Source: Octopus sinensis
Taxonomy: Eukaryota
DNA: 64,000 bases
Direction of reading: 5' to 3'
Assembly (NCBI RefSeq): GCF_006345805.1
Contig: NC_042997.1
Coordinates: 211,358,001-211,422,000, forward strand
In this document: piece by piece, positions 49,507-63,000 of the stretch
Numbering within the stretch: the stretch's first letter is position 1
Layout of the letters: every line of letters begins with the position of its first letter
Notes under the pieces: generated by a model
What the model was told of the DNA's origin: nothing
Seen by the model: the letters and a program-made list of their open reading frames with translations, nothing else
Database searches by the model: none
Translations under genes and position numbers: made by a program

Positions 49507-52500
49507 CTAAAACAGAGAATGGCTTATATACAAATACATAAGTGAATACAAAGAAATCTAGGAGCAGCCATATACATCATCAACATCGTCGTTTAACATC
49601 CATTTTCCATGCTGGCATGGGTTGAACGGTTTGACTGAGGACCGGCGACCCAGATGGCTGCACCAGGCTCCAATCTGATCTATTAATGTTTCTACAGTTG
49701 GATGCTCTTCCTAACGCCATCCACTCCAAGAGTGTAGTGGGTCCTTTTTACATGTCACTGGCACGGGAGCCAGTCAGGTGGCACTGGCATCAACCACGTT
49801 CAAACGGTGCCTTTTTTTATGTGCCACCAGCATTGATGCCAGTCAGGCGGCATTGGCATCCACTCTGACTACGATTTTGCTTGACTCAACATATCTCAAG
49901 CACAGCATGTCTCCAAAGATCCGTCACTTGTCATTGCCTTTGTGAAGCCCAACGGTCAAAGGTTGTGCTTCCCCAACCCATCTCATGTCTTTCTGGGTCT
50001 ACTTCTCCCACAGGTTCCTTCCACAGCTGTCCTCATCCGTATGCAATACATGCCCATACCAGCAAAGTCATCTCTCTTACACACATACACACACAGTTAA
50101 TATCATTTGTTCCTACATATGTTTCACCATTGTGGATGGAATCTCTGCACTGGATATTCCAAATGCACCTGGATGCTTAGCCATGACTGTCATGAAAATT
50201 AAATTCAAACACTTGAATGTCAGGCCCCACAGGGGCAAAGTGACTGAGTTCCTTTCAAGCAATGGGCCTCATGGAGGCAAAGTGGCCGAGCTCCTGGTCT
50301 GCATGGAGGCAAAGTGGGTGAGTTCCTTTTGAATGGGCCTCACGGAGGTGAAGTGACTGAGTTCCTTTCAAGCAATGGGCCTCATGGAGGCAAAGTGGCC
50401 GAGTTCCTTTCAAGGGTTGGGCCTCACGGAGGCAATGGCTGAGACCTTTGGCATTATGTCATGCTTGAGAAGATCCATCAAGCTGAGCAAAATTGCAGTC
50501 ATGGCAGATACCAGTGTCATGCAAATTGCACCTATGCCGGTGACACGTAAAACCACCCATAGAAAACCATGCCAAATCAGACTGGATCCTGGTGCAACCT
50601 TCCAGCTTGCCAGCCCAGTCAAACCATCCAACTCATGCCAGCATGGACAACAGATGTAAAATGATGACGACGACCTGAATTTCAGTTTATATGTTATTTC
50701 ACAAACGCACAAACCCTAAAACTACTTTTATTTTGACAAATAATATAACTTTTTTTGAAATGTAAATTTTTCAGCAAAAAAAAAAAAAGGTTTATGTATT
50801 TATTTGTATGTTTTATTTCATATTTAATACTTGGGGTCGCGAAAAATCTCACAATGAAAAAAGTTTAAGAAGCGCTGCCTTATATATCAAAGTTGGCCTG
50901 AGGCTAAACACCAACAGCAATTAATTTGACTACAGATGAGAATACTCTGAGTACAAGAGTCCATCTCAGAAATCTTTGCCCACCAGCTCTGTTCACATAC
51001 TCTTCAGTTAAGTCTGCAGGTCTGATCAGCATCCTTTGTATTTTATTTACTCTCTATTTCCGTTTAGCCATAACAAGTCATCATTATCATTTAACATCCA
51101 TTTTCCATGCTGGCATGGGTTGGATAGTTTAACAGGAGTTGGCTAGGCTCCATTTGTCTGTTTTGGCATGGCTTCTACAGATGGATGCCCTTCCTAACAC
51201 CAACCACTTTACAGAGTGTACTAGGTGCTTTTACATGGCACCGGCATAAGTGATTGCACTGGTAGCATGCAGAAAACACTGGTGCTAATGCAATGTAAAA
51301 AGCACCCAGTACACTCTAGAAAATGGTTGTCGTTGGGAGGGGCAACCAGCTGCAGAAACCATGCCAAAACAGACAAGTGGGGCCCTTCTTTGGTGACAAT
51401 ATTTCAATGGTTCAATAGCTGTTGTTATTGATTCACCTCACATGAGCAGTGAAAGCACCATCCATTCGTGGCCGTTGCCAGAGCCACTCAGACTGGCCTC
51501 GTGCCGGTGGCACAAGCACCATCCATTCGTGGCCGTTGCCAGCCTCACCTGGCCCCCGTGCCGGTGGCAAGTAAAAAGCACCATCCGTTCGTGGCCATTG
51601 CCAACCTCGCCTGGCCCCCATGCCGGTGGCACATAAAAAGCACCATCCGATCGTGGCCGTTTGCCAGACTCGTCTGGCACCTGTGCTGGTGGCACATAAA
51701 AAGCACCCACTACACTCATGGAGTGGTTGGCGTTAGGAAGGGCATCCAGCTGTAGAAACACTGCCAGATCTGACTGGCCTGGTGCAGCCTTCGGGCTTCC
51801 CAGACCCCAGTTGAACCGTCCAACCCATGCTAGCATGGAAAGCGGACGTTAAACGATGATGATGATGAGGAGGAAGAGGAGCAACAAGCTGTACAGTCCA
51901 GTCCAAGTGATGTGTCCAGCTGTACCTTGGAGAATGGCCAGCAACACTTGCTGCAACAGCCAGTCCACCTCACAGGAGTCATTTCTCAAACAGACCACTG
52001 TCATCCTGATTTTACAGAGGAAATCAGCAGAACAGCATCTGAGAACATCAGAGACTTTGGTGGTGACCAGAATGAATAGGTAGACGGCGGCAGGAGCTGG
52101 CAGAATCGTTGGCACGCCGGGCGAAATGCTTAGCAGTATTTCGTCTGCCATTATGTTCTGAGTTCAAATTCCGTCGAGGTCGACTTTGCCTTTCATCCTT
52201 TTGTGGTCGATAAATTAAGTACCAGTTACGCACTGGAGTCGATATAATCGACTTAATCCGTTTGTTTGTCCTCTCTGTGTTTAGCCCCTTGTTGGTAATA
52301 AAGAAATAGGTGTGAATAGGTAGTAGTTAGTCAGACTCCAGTATTTGGTTATCTTCCTCTTCTCCACAATACCAGGGTTTGTGGCCAAAGCAAGCAAGAT
52401 TGGAGAGGGAGACCGGTGGCCTCAGGATCCATTCCTGCTTCAGATGTGGTACTGCTCGCTTATCTTCCCTCAATCTCAGGCCCCACAGGGGCAAAGTGAC

Positions 52501-53130
52501 TGAGTTCCTTTCAAGCAATGGGTCTCAGATTTACCTCCCTTGTATTTACCTCCAAGATTTACCTCCCTTGTATCAGAAAAGGGTGATTCCATCAGTGTTG
52601 ATAATTTTTACAGCCAAGGCCTGTTGGTGACAGGAAGTCAGCCACATGGAGGCCCCTTCTGACAATACCTTTCAGAGAAGTGTCAGGTGAACCAGTCCAC
52701 ACTATGGCTGCTGGCTGAATTCCTCAACTACAGCTGCACAATGGCTCGCATATGTGTTGGCCACTCTGCTAAGAGTGCACTCAACATCAAGAAGGACAAC
52801 AAATCGAGTCAGACACTGCTGTTAAGGCTGCCAAGGAGAATGGAGACAAGCGAGTCTCAATCTGTCAGAAGAAGTAGATTTCCATTTGATAGCATCCCAA
52901 TTATGTCAGGCATTTGCATCCGGAGAGATGGTGAGGCCTTCAACAGTCCAATCAGCCTGAGCTGACTCCAGTTTCTGGACCACATCAGCTTCGGCTATCC
53001 TGTGGAGTACCTTGCTGAAGAGAGTGTTGCTGGAGGAGATTGAGGGAAGATAAGCCAGCAGTACCACATCTGAAGCTGGAATGGATGCTGAGGCCACCGA
53101 ATTTCAGATAAAGTTGTAGTGATGCTACTG

Positions 53131-53532
53131 TGTAAGGTTCAGCGCGCATGCGTAGAATGGGACTACTTCCGGGTGGCCACCGGAAGTCTTCCCCATGCGC
53201 ATGTGCGGGAAACTGACCCCTAAGGCCCAGTCAACTCGATCACTCTCTCTGGCCATTTCAGCCCTCGTGAACAGACGTGCATTTGGTAGTCTCTGATAAC
53301 TATACTGACTTAGCCGCGGACGACATCGAATCACTTCAACCAACCAACAAGAAGCTGTACAACAGATTCGGCTGTCGTTTCCCCTCAGAAATACGTACAC
53401 CATCACGAATAATAAACAACACTGCTGTCTTTCCCAGATAACCTGACTTCGTCTGTTATATCTAACTAAATTGAATGTGACGGGATCGGATCGGACACCC
53501 CTCCAGTGATACCGATTCCAGATCCTGTTACA
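53131..53532 (+). mobile_element. LTR-like segment (TGTAA...TTACA), CpG-rich
   Basis: Terminal 5-bp inverted repeat and AATAAA at ~53411. No TSD seen. Confidence 0.4.
53144..53206. promoter_or_regulatory. Dyad-symmetric NRF1-ETS-ETS-NRF1 motif cluster
   Basis: GCGCATGCGT (53144), ACTTCCGG-GTGGCCAC-CGGAAGT (53165-53187), TGCGCATGTGC (53196). Motif match only. Confidence 0.4.
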
Positions 53533-54479
53533 AAGTCTTGTTTTCATCTTCATTTAACGTCCGTTTTTTTCAAGTTGGTATGGGTTGGACAGTTTGACTG
53601 AAAAACTGGTGGGTAGGGGAGCTCCACCAGGTTTCAAGTCTGGTTTGGCATGGTTTCTACAGCTGATGCCCTTCCTTACACCAACTACTCCGAGAGTGGT
53701 CACGCGGTCGGTGCTTTTTGTGTGCCACTGACGTGACACCAGCATTAGCCACACACTCAAGTGATGTTTTTTACATGTCACTGCCACAGGTGCCCCTGAT
53801 GTGAAACCAGCACTGGCCACATATTTGAACTGTTTTTTTATTACAAGCCACCAGTGTGGGTGGGGTGCCAGTCAACCAACACTGGCATCAACCACAGCTA
53901 CAATCACCCTTGGCTTGACAGGCCTTCTCAAGCACTGCACAACACCTGACATCTGGGGCATGGTTTTACATCACATGCCAGTTACACAACACTGGCATCG
54001 GCAAAAATTTTATGAAGGCCGTGAATAGTGCTCCTGAGAGGGATTGAACCTTGCTCAGGATGTATAATATTATCATCATCGTTTAACGTCCACTTTCTAT
54101 GCTAGCATAGGTTGGACGATTTGACAGAGGGCTGGCAAACCTGATGGCTGCACCAGACTCCAATCTTGATCTGGCAGAGTTTCTACAGCTGGATGACCTT
54201 CCTAACGCCAACCACTCCGAGAGTGTAGTGGGTGCTTTTACGTACCACCGGCATGGGGGCCAGTCAGGCGGTACTGGCAATGACCTTGCTCGAATCTTTT
54301 TACACATAACACCGGCACAGGTGCCAGTAAGGCAACGTTGGTAACGATCATGCTCGAATAGTGCCCTTTCACGTGCCACCGGCACGGAGGCCAGATAGCT
54401 GCTCGCAATTACCCACAAGACCATGAAGACAAGAATTAAGACATTTGGTAATTATAGAATTGAAACAAAGAAAATTTAC

Positions 54480-54574
54480 CATTTGCATCTTTAACATGGA
54501 CGGCTGCTTGAAACCTCAACAGAAGGGAGACCATATTATCATTTCCCACTTGACAAGCTAACATCAAAGCTGTT
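54480..54574 (-). CDS. ANKRD26: ANKRD26-like ankyrin exon C (95 nt, phase 2 to 1)
   Basis: ttatag|A ACA GCT...AAT G|gtaaat. Encodes TALMLACQVGNDNMVSLLLRFQAAVHVKDAN(G). Confidence 0.9.
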
Positions 54575-55589
54575 CTATAATAAACAGAATAAGATAAATT
54601 AATAGCAATAGAAGCAGAATTAATACCAAAATGTAATATTCGTATCTAACTAAATGTGGGTGTTGTGTTAGAACACTGAACCCTGCAAAAGTTGCCATGA
54701 GAGAACCTCTGATATGTGCTCAATCACCATCATCATCATCATCGTTTAATGTCCACTTTCCATACGGGCATGGGTTAGACAGTTTGACTGAAAACTGGTA
54801 AGCCGGGGAGCTGCACTGGGTTCCAATCTGATTTGGCAAGGTCTCTACGGCTGGATGCCCTTCCTAATGCCAACCACTCCGAGAGCGTAGTGGGTGCTTT
54901 TCACCTGCCATTGACCTGATACTCAAATTGGCCACAACTACAGTCTCACTTGGCTTGACAGATCAACACAAGCACGGTCTATTGCCAAAGGTCTTGGTCA
55001 CCTGTCATTGACTCCATGAGGTAAAAATACTCGAATGGTGCTTTTTATGTGCCACCAGCATGGGTGCCAGTCAGACGGCACTGGCATCAACCACAACTAC
55101 GATTTCACTTAGTTCAACAGGTCTTAAATGGGATATGAATCATCACCATCACTGGTTATGGTGATGGTTTATATCCTGTTAGTGATGTGAACCAGAGTGC
55201 TTATATGCACCAAAAGAGCACAGGAGAGGTTCTCTCGTGGTAAATATCACAGTATTCTGTGTTCTCACACAACATCCTCTTTTAAGTGGGGACAAATAAA
55301 AGAAATTAGTTCAATGATAATAATAATGGTTTCAAATTTTGCCACAAGGGCAGCAATTTTGTGGGGTGGGGGTGAGTCAATCATATCCCTGTAACTGGTA
55401 CTTAATTTATCAACCCCGAAAGGATGAAAGGCAAAGTCAACTATGACAGAATTTGAACTCAGAACATAGTCACAGGCAAAATATTGCCAAGCATTTCATC
55501 CTGCATGCTAACAATAATAATAATAATGAAATTATTGTATACAGTAATGGCGGTGCCCCAGCATGGCCACAGCTCGTGAGCTGAAACTA

Positions 55590-56060
55590 GATAAAATAAA
55601 ATAAAATAAAAAGTGCTCAGGTGCACGTGTCACAAGAGCGTATAAAGCATATGCAGTAGTGTACAAATGTCTGGGAAGTGAACAGATACATGCTTGCGTG
55701 TGTATGGAGGGGAGAAAATCAGGTGTAGTGTTGGCGAATCTCAGGAAGCATGGAAGTTTTGATGGATGCAGTGCTCCGACAACTAACAACTGATGCCGGC
55801 AGTTTGTTCCATACTTCAGCAACTCTTAGCATGAAAAAATGTTTTCGAAAGTCATGGGAGCTGTGCTGTTTTCTGACTTTGTAAACATGTCCACAGGTGT
55901 TAGACAGGTGGGGTTTGAAAAAGTGCTCAGAGTTATTGTTTGTAAGATGGTTAATAATTTTATGCGTGTCTGCCAAGTTAGCTGCCAGACGTCAGAGTTT
56001 CAATGTATCCATGCCCAGGGAAGCAAGGCGTTCAGAATATGGCAAATGCCTGATGGAGGG
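55590..56060 (-). mobile_element. CR1-clade LINE 3' end
   Basis: TCGHVYKVRKQHSSHDFRKHFFMLRVAEVWNKLPASVV, followed by a (TTTTA)n tail. Confidence 0.8.
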
Positions 56061-57197
56061 TAATTCTCTTGGTTATACGTCACTGAACAGCTTCCAGACG
56101 ATTAATATCCTGGGCAAATAATAATAAGAGAGGAGGTGTAGAAGTTAAAAAGATTGCTTTCTTTGGTATAATTTCCAGAGAAAGAAAAAAAAGATAGAAG
56201 AGTTAGGTAGCTATAATACTGCAGAGAGTCAAACAATTTTAATTGAAAAAAACTGTTCTAAGTGACATTGGCTGGTTTTAAGGATAAAGCCAGACCCAAC
56301 CAGACTAGACAAGACAGGTTGGTCACATTCTAAGTAATGACATTACAAGAGAAGATATAGGAGGGTGCCCAGTAAGGCTCTGTGTTCAGCCTCCTGCTTT
56401 TATTACAGTTTTTGAGACAATAACATTGGAGTTAAGGAATAAATGTCTTTAAGAACTATTCTAAGTAAATGATTTCTTAAAGGTGGCGAGCTGGCAGAAA
56501 CGTTAGCACGCTGGGCGAAATGTTGATCTTATAGTAAGAAAGTGAAAGACCTTGCAAGTGGGGCCCAGTTAGAATTTTCTTCTGGTTGAGTAACCCATCC
56601 CACTCAAAAGGTCCCTGAAAAAGAGTTGTTTAAGGATGTTGAACAAAACAACAATGTTTCCAGAGGTGAATTATCCAAACCTCCAAGAATTCCTTTCAAC
56701 ACATGGCTATGATGCTCCCCAACTACTTCTGCTCGTGATCAGAGATGCACATATCGTCAGCCACTAAGGGACTTGCTCAACTGGTTAAGGTCCAACAACT
56801 GACAAGCAAATCTGTGGTATTGAGCAGAATGTTTGCTGTAGCCCATCTTTTATACCAAGACAAAACAATGTACATGATAACACTTCCAATCAGTTAAGAT
56901 CAGAAGCCATGAGAGCCACTGCCTGGTACTGCATCAGGGCATTTATTATTATCATCATCATCATCATTAGTAGCAGTAGTAGTAAGGCAGTGAACTGATA
57001 GAATCATGAGCTCACCGGGCAAAATGCTTGGTGGTATTTCATCTGTTGCTATGTTCTGAGTTCAAATTCCACTGAGGTCAACTTTGCCTTTCATACTTTC
57101 AGGGTTGATAAATTAAGTACCAGTGAAACACTGGGGTCAATGTAGTCACCCAATCCCCTGCCCACACATTTCAGGCCTTGTGCCTTTAGTAGAAAGG

Positions 57198-57229
<32 letters not shown>

Positions 57230-58111
57230 AGGTGGCTAGCTGGTGTGAATCATTAGCATGCTGGACGAAATGCTTAGCTATGTTCTCAGTTCAAATTCCG
57301 CCTGGGGTCGATGCGATTGACTTACCCCTCCCCACAAATTTCAGGCCTTGTGCCTATAGTAGAAAGGATTATTATTATTATTATTATTAGCATTACTAAA
57401 AGTGGAAAGCTGGCAGAATCATTAGCACACTGGGCGAAACGCTTAGCAGTATTTTGTCCGTCTTTACATTCTGAGTTCAAATTCTCCCAAAATTTCAGGC
57501 CTTGTGCCAAGAGCAGAAGGATTATAATTATTATTATAGTTATCGTTAAGGTGATGAGCTGACAGAATCGTCAGCAGTAGTTCATCTATCTCTACGTTCT
57601 GAGTTCAAATTTTGCTGAAGTCGATTTGACCTTTCATCCTTTTGGGGTCAATAATGTAAGTGCTGGTCAAGCACTGGGCTGTAAGTAACTGACTGGCCCC
57701 TTCCCCTGAAAAACTTCACACCTTGTGCCAATAGTGGAAAGGATTATTAATATTATAATTGTTATGAATGAGGGGCAGGGTTATTATCATCATTATAATT
57801 TTCTACGGTAGGCACAGGACCCTAGTACACAACTGGTACTTAATTTATCGACCCTGAAAGGATGAAAGGCAAAGTCAACCTCGGCAGAATTTGAACTCAG
57901 AACATAATGGCAGACGAAATACCGCTAAGCACCCAGTGTGTTAAAGTTTCTGCCAGCTCGCTGCCTTTCCATATCCATATAATATGTGAACAAAACAATA
58001 TCAGTGACAGAGTTTGAACTTGTGATCTTCGAATCAGCATGAGGAGATGAAACCACTTTACCATCCACCAACACAAAAAGTCTTTCTACAAATTAATCCA
58101 AAGCTACTTAC

Positions 58112-58218
58112 TTGTGATCATTGTCAATGCTATTTACATCAGCTCTGTTCTGAAGAAGGGACATAGCAATTTTAATCTTGTCTTCTATCACAGCATAGTG
58201 CAACGGTGTTTTACCAGC
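58112..58218 (-). CDS. ANKRD26: ANKRD26-like ankyrin exon B (107 nt, phase 0 to 2)
   Basis: ggacag|GCT...CAC AA|gtaagt. Encodes AGKTPLHYAVIEDKIKIAMSLLQNRADVNSIDNDH(K), a canonical TPLH ankyrin repeat. Not in the ORF track; phase fits exon A. Confidence 0.9.
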
Positions 58219-59244
58219 CTGTCCAATAAAAATAAGCAAACACATCATCATCATCATCATCACCCTCGTTTAACGTCCGTTTTCCATGCTGGCATGGGTT
58301 GGACGGATTGACTGAGGACTGGCAAGCCAGGAGGCTGCACCAAACCCTAGTCTGATTTTGTAAGGTTTCTACAGTTGGACGCCCTTCCTAATGCCAACCA
58401 CTCTGAGAATGTAGTGAGTGTTTATGTGCCAGTAAGGCAGCACTGGCATCAACCACGCTCGAATGGTGCTTTTTTCCATGCCACCATCAAAATTATTAAT
58501 GGGGAGACGCAATGGCCCAGTGGTTAGGGCAGCGGACTCGCAGTTGGAGGATCGCGGTTTCGATTCCCAGACCGGGCATTGTGAGTGTTTATTGAGCGAA
58601 AACACCTAAAGCTCCACGAGGCTCCGGCAGGGATGGTGGTGATCCCTGCTGTACTCTTTCACTACAGCTTTCTCTCACCCTTTCTTCCTGTTTCTGTTGT
58701 ACCTGTATTTCAAAGGGCCGGCCTTGACACTCTCTGTGTCATGCTGAATATCCCCGAGAACTACGTTAAGGGTACACGTGTCTGTGGAGTGCTCAGCCAC
58801 TTACATGTTAATTTCACGCGCAGGCTGTTCCGTTGATTGGATCAACCGGAACCCTCGTTGTCGTAACCGACGGAGTGCTTCCAAAAAATTATTAATGCAA
58901 AAACTAGGCTGGATGGGCACAAAATGAATATTGTGTAAGGGACACCACATTACAGTTCAAATCAGAATGAAGGGACCATATGTAGGGATGTCTAATGTAT
59001 GTAAATGTGTGTATCAACATCATCATCAATTAACATCTGCTTTTCCATGCTGGCATGGGTTGGACGGTTTGACTGAGGATTGGTGAGCCAGGAGGCTGCA
59101 CCAGGCTCCAATCTCCATCTGTATGAATGTATATGCCTGTATGTGAGGAGACTGTATGGAAGACCATTGTGTGTGTGTGGTGTCCCAGCATGGCCACGGT
59201 CCACTGGCTGCAACAACCTAAAAGGGAAACAAAATGAAACGTAC

Positions 59245-59418
59245 CATATTTTTAAGATTTGCATTTGTCCGAGCATTGAGCATGGCATCGAGAATCTCCA
59301 GGTGAGCGTATTGGACGGCAAGGTGCAAACAGGTGTTTCCATCGCTGTCCCGAGCCTCTGCATCCACTTTGTAACTGAGCAGGACTTCAACAACATCACA
59401 ATGGCCACATTGTACAGC
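59245..59418 (-). CDS. ANKRD26: ANKRD26-like gene, ankyrin-repeat exon A (174 nt, phase 0 to 0)
   Basis: ttcag|GCT...ATG|gtacgt. Encodes AVQCGHCDVVEVLLSYKVDAEARDSDGNTCLHLAVQYAHLEILDAMLNARTNANLKNM, matching the ANKRD26/POTE pattern AVQCQEE..ILL..GAD.N..D..GNTALHYAV (recalled sequence). Confidence 0.9.
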
Positions 59419-60199
59419 CTGAAGCAAAACAAATATTGAAAGCAGGAAAATTAATTGCTCTACAATGAATTTATTAACCGTCTCATTACTATATGTATTT
59501 CTGTTGAGATGATTTCAATTAATTTTAAATATAACAAAGAATTTAGTAAAATAGCTTAGTTATCATTAAGCTAGTGTTAGGAACATAAATTGTGACTAAG
59601 GTTTGGTGGAAGATTTTCATTTTAAAAACAAGACATTTGTACTCGGAGCCAGAGGTGGATTTAGTCAGGTCAATATGAAAAGGGTTAAATTAATCATTTG
59701 TTAACCCTTTTTCTTACCATATTTCTATAGAGATGCTCTGTGTTTCTTTCAATTAATTTTAAATATACCAAAGAATTTAGTAAAATAACTTAGTTATCAT
59801 TTAAGCTAGTGTTAGGAACATAAATTGTGACTAAGGTTTGGTGGAAGATTTTCATTCAGAACTTATGAAAACAAGACATTTGGACTCAGAGCCAGAGCCG
59901 GTTTCAGCCGGGTTGGTAACGAAAGGGTTAAACTGCAGCATTTCATTGTATACACATCATCATCATGTAACACTTGTTTCCCATGCTGACATGGGTTGGA
60001 TGATGGAAGAGCTGCCTGGGCTCCATGTCCGTTTTGCCATGGTATCTACAGCCGGATGCCCTTCCTAACATGCCAAACACTTTACAGAGTGGCACTGGAT
60101 GTTTTTATACAGCACTGGCACAGGTGCTTTTCTTCGGTACCAGCACTGGTGCTTTTTACATGGCACCGGCACCCACAAACCCACAAGATTAGGATCAAT

Positions 60200-63000
60200 C
60201 AGCGAGAAAGGGATGCAGGGGACATGTCTATATGCAAGGACAACCACAATTTTACTTCGCTTGACATGTTTACTCAAGCACAGCAAACCCCCAGAAGTCT
60301 TGGTACCCTGTCATCCGCTCTGTGAGGCCCAACATCTGAAGATCTTTTCTCAACACTTGATCCCACGTCTTCCTGGGACAATTACTTCCACATGTTCCCT
60401 CCACAATATGAGATTGGGACTTTTTGATGAAGCTGTCTATATTTGATGCCCTGAATACCCAATTTTTCTTTCAAATCACTTACACTCTCTTGTATATACA
60501 CATTGACATTACCCATCCAGCTAACCACACTGGCTTCCTTTCTTTCAAACCTTCACATGTCCTCAATAGTCACAGCCCATGCCTCTTTGCCACGTAGCAT
60601 AGCTGTTCATACAATCTGCCTTTCACTCCAAGAGAGAGGCCCTTTGTTACCAACAGAGGTAGTAGTTCTCTAACCTCTGCCCAGCCTGTTCTCATTCTAG
60701 CACCTATGCTTTCAGAACAACCTCCATCTCTGCTAACCTGGTCACCTAAGTAACAAACTCTCTACCACTTCCGAGGATACACTCTGACATTTGAGGGAGG
60801 CTGTTTTTTGTGTATTCCAGGTGTTTAATGGAGCTGCACATCTGCCACATGTAAGGACTACTTTCTCTGTTAGTCACCCAGTGATACCACTGCACCTGTT
60901 ATGTGCCCATAGCTTGCACTTGGTACACCGTATGGAGTTTCTCCCGACACCTTTTCTACACATCAAGCAGAGGCATCAGCCTGAAGGGATCAGTGATTTG
61001 TCTGCTCTCTTATTTATTAAGGTTTTGGTCTTTGCTAAATTAACTCTAACTCCCTTTGATTTCTGTCCATGCTTCCATACCTGAAATTTCTTCTCTAGTT
61101 CTGGTGGTGATTCAGCAGTAAGAACAAGGTCATTGGCATAGAGGAGCTCCCAAGAACAGCCAGCCTTAAATTCTTCCGTTATAACTTGGAGGATCATGAT
61201 AAACAAGAGGGGGCTGAGAACTGATCCTTGGTGGACTCCTACTTGTACACTTAATTCCTTGCTATGCTCATTGGTGACTTTCACCTTACTGACATCATCC
61301 CTGTACATGGCTTGTACAGTCCTCACCAACCACGCATCTATCCCTAGCTTCCACATTGCCTACCAGATAAGGGAGTGGGCAACCCTGTCAAAAGGTACAG
61401 GGGTTTATTCTTGGCCAAGTACTTCTGCAGTTGTCTCACCAGGAAGATAGCATCAGTGGTGCTTCTCCCTGGCACAAATCCAAACTGCATCTCATCTAGA
61501 CTAACTCACTTCCTAATTGAGTTATGACCCTTTCTGTAACTTTCATCACCTGGTCCAGCAATTTGATACCTTGTAATTATACCTATCTAAGGCATCACCT
61601 TTGCCTTTGCAACAGCTGACTATAATGCTGCTACACCAATCATTGGCTGTGACTCCCTCATAGACAACCTGATCAACTCTATGGGTGACTAAACCGCATC
61701 CTACTCAACCAAATATTTCAAGCATCTCAGCAGTGACCCCTGATAGACCAGGGGGCATTTCCCTGACTTCATATCCTTAATTGTTTTATCAACTTTTCAT
61801 AGTAACACTTTGAACCCTCCTTCTTTGCAGAATCATTAAATACAAGTGAATCACCATCCATGCAAACACACTTGTCTCAAATATAATCATAGAATCAGTT
61901 TATCACCAACAAAAAATCTTTCCAAGGAAAGTTCATTTTTAACCCTGAAGAAGGGACTTGTATGTGCCGGAATATTCGATACATATACGACCAAATATTA
62001 CCAGGTAACTTACTTTTACTTTACGTTACCTCATCTTAAAATCTATTTCTCAGTTAGGGGGTCCATAAATCTCTGACCATTTAACCCTTTAGTGTTCAAA
62101 CCGGTCATACCATCCCAAAATTGTCTTCCTGTTATATGCTCAAACCAGCCAGCTCTGACCTCTCACACCTACCCTACAAAGTCATTCTAAAAATAAACAG
62201 GGACATCATCAAAATCTCAGAGTTACAAGATGCTGTACAATTAATTTTAAACAATGTGATTAAACAGGTTTTACATTTGACAGAGTAATCTGAATGCTAA
62301 AGGGTTAAAGGATTTTTAAGCTTCCAAATCCTTCTTTTCCAGATTGGTCTGCTTCTTGGCATCCTTCTGGCCTAAAGTCACTAATGACTAGTCTCTGCTG
62401 GCGAGTACATTCTTCATGAGGGAAGGTTTTTGCATCTATGAGCATCCATACATCTCGCTGTCTGGTGAGAATGGAATCAGGTTAGTGTAGTCACTTGATT
62501 GATAGGTTATCAGGTGATTGGCTGGCTTCCTGAAGTTGGTGTTGCAGATTAATAGGTTATTTGAATCACAGAACTCCAGTTGCCTTGTTCCCTCTTCGTT
62601 TCAGGAACCAATGCCATGGGACCCATGTACATTATGGAAGATACCCGGCTGCTACCCAACATGTCCATTGAAATCACCAACCACAAAGACGAGGTCATTG
62701 TCATTAGTCTTTGAGGGAGCTTGCAAAAGACTATCATACAAGCAGCCCTTTCGTTCATTTAGCAGCCCTGCTTGAGGGACACAGGCAGAGATAATTGTTG
62801 CTGTAATACTCTGCAAAACTAGCCAAAGCTTAAGTACTCTATTGCACATTCTGACTACCTTAATTACCTTATCCACCCATTTCTCTGCTAGAGGTATGCC
62901 TTCATACCCTACCCCAATGCTGTTAGCTTCCCAGAAGATTCCATACTTATACTTCTTGCCCGTAAGGAACCTGGCTGAAGCTCCCCTTCACTTTACTTCT
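60200..63000 (-). mobile_element. Long degraded RTE LINE ORF2 (APE endonuclease, RT, C-terminus) with nested insertions
   Basis: EKWVDKVI.VVR.C.RVLKL (APE), IKLLDQVMKVTERV, VGVHQGSVLSPLLF...WELLYANDL. Confidence 0.85.

Noticed and set aside
51885-53100. Protein-like plus-strand fragments (QQAVQSSPSD..., NQSTLWLLAEF...)
   Set aside because: Short, interrupted and unassignable; possibly internal sequence of the LTR-like element, but unsupported.
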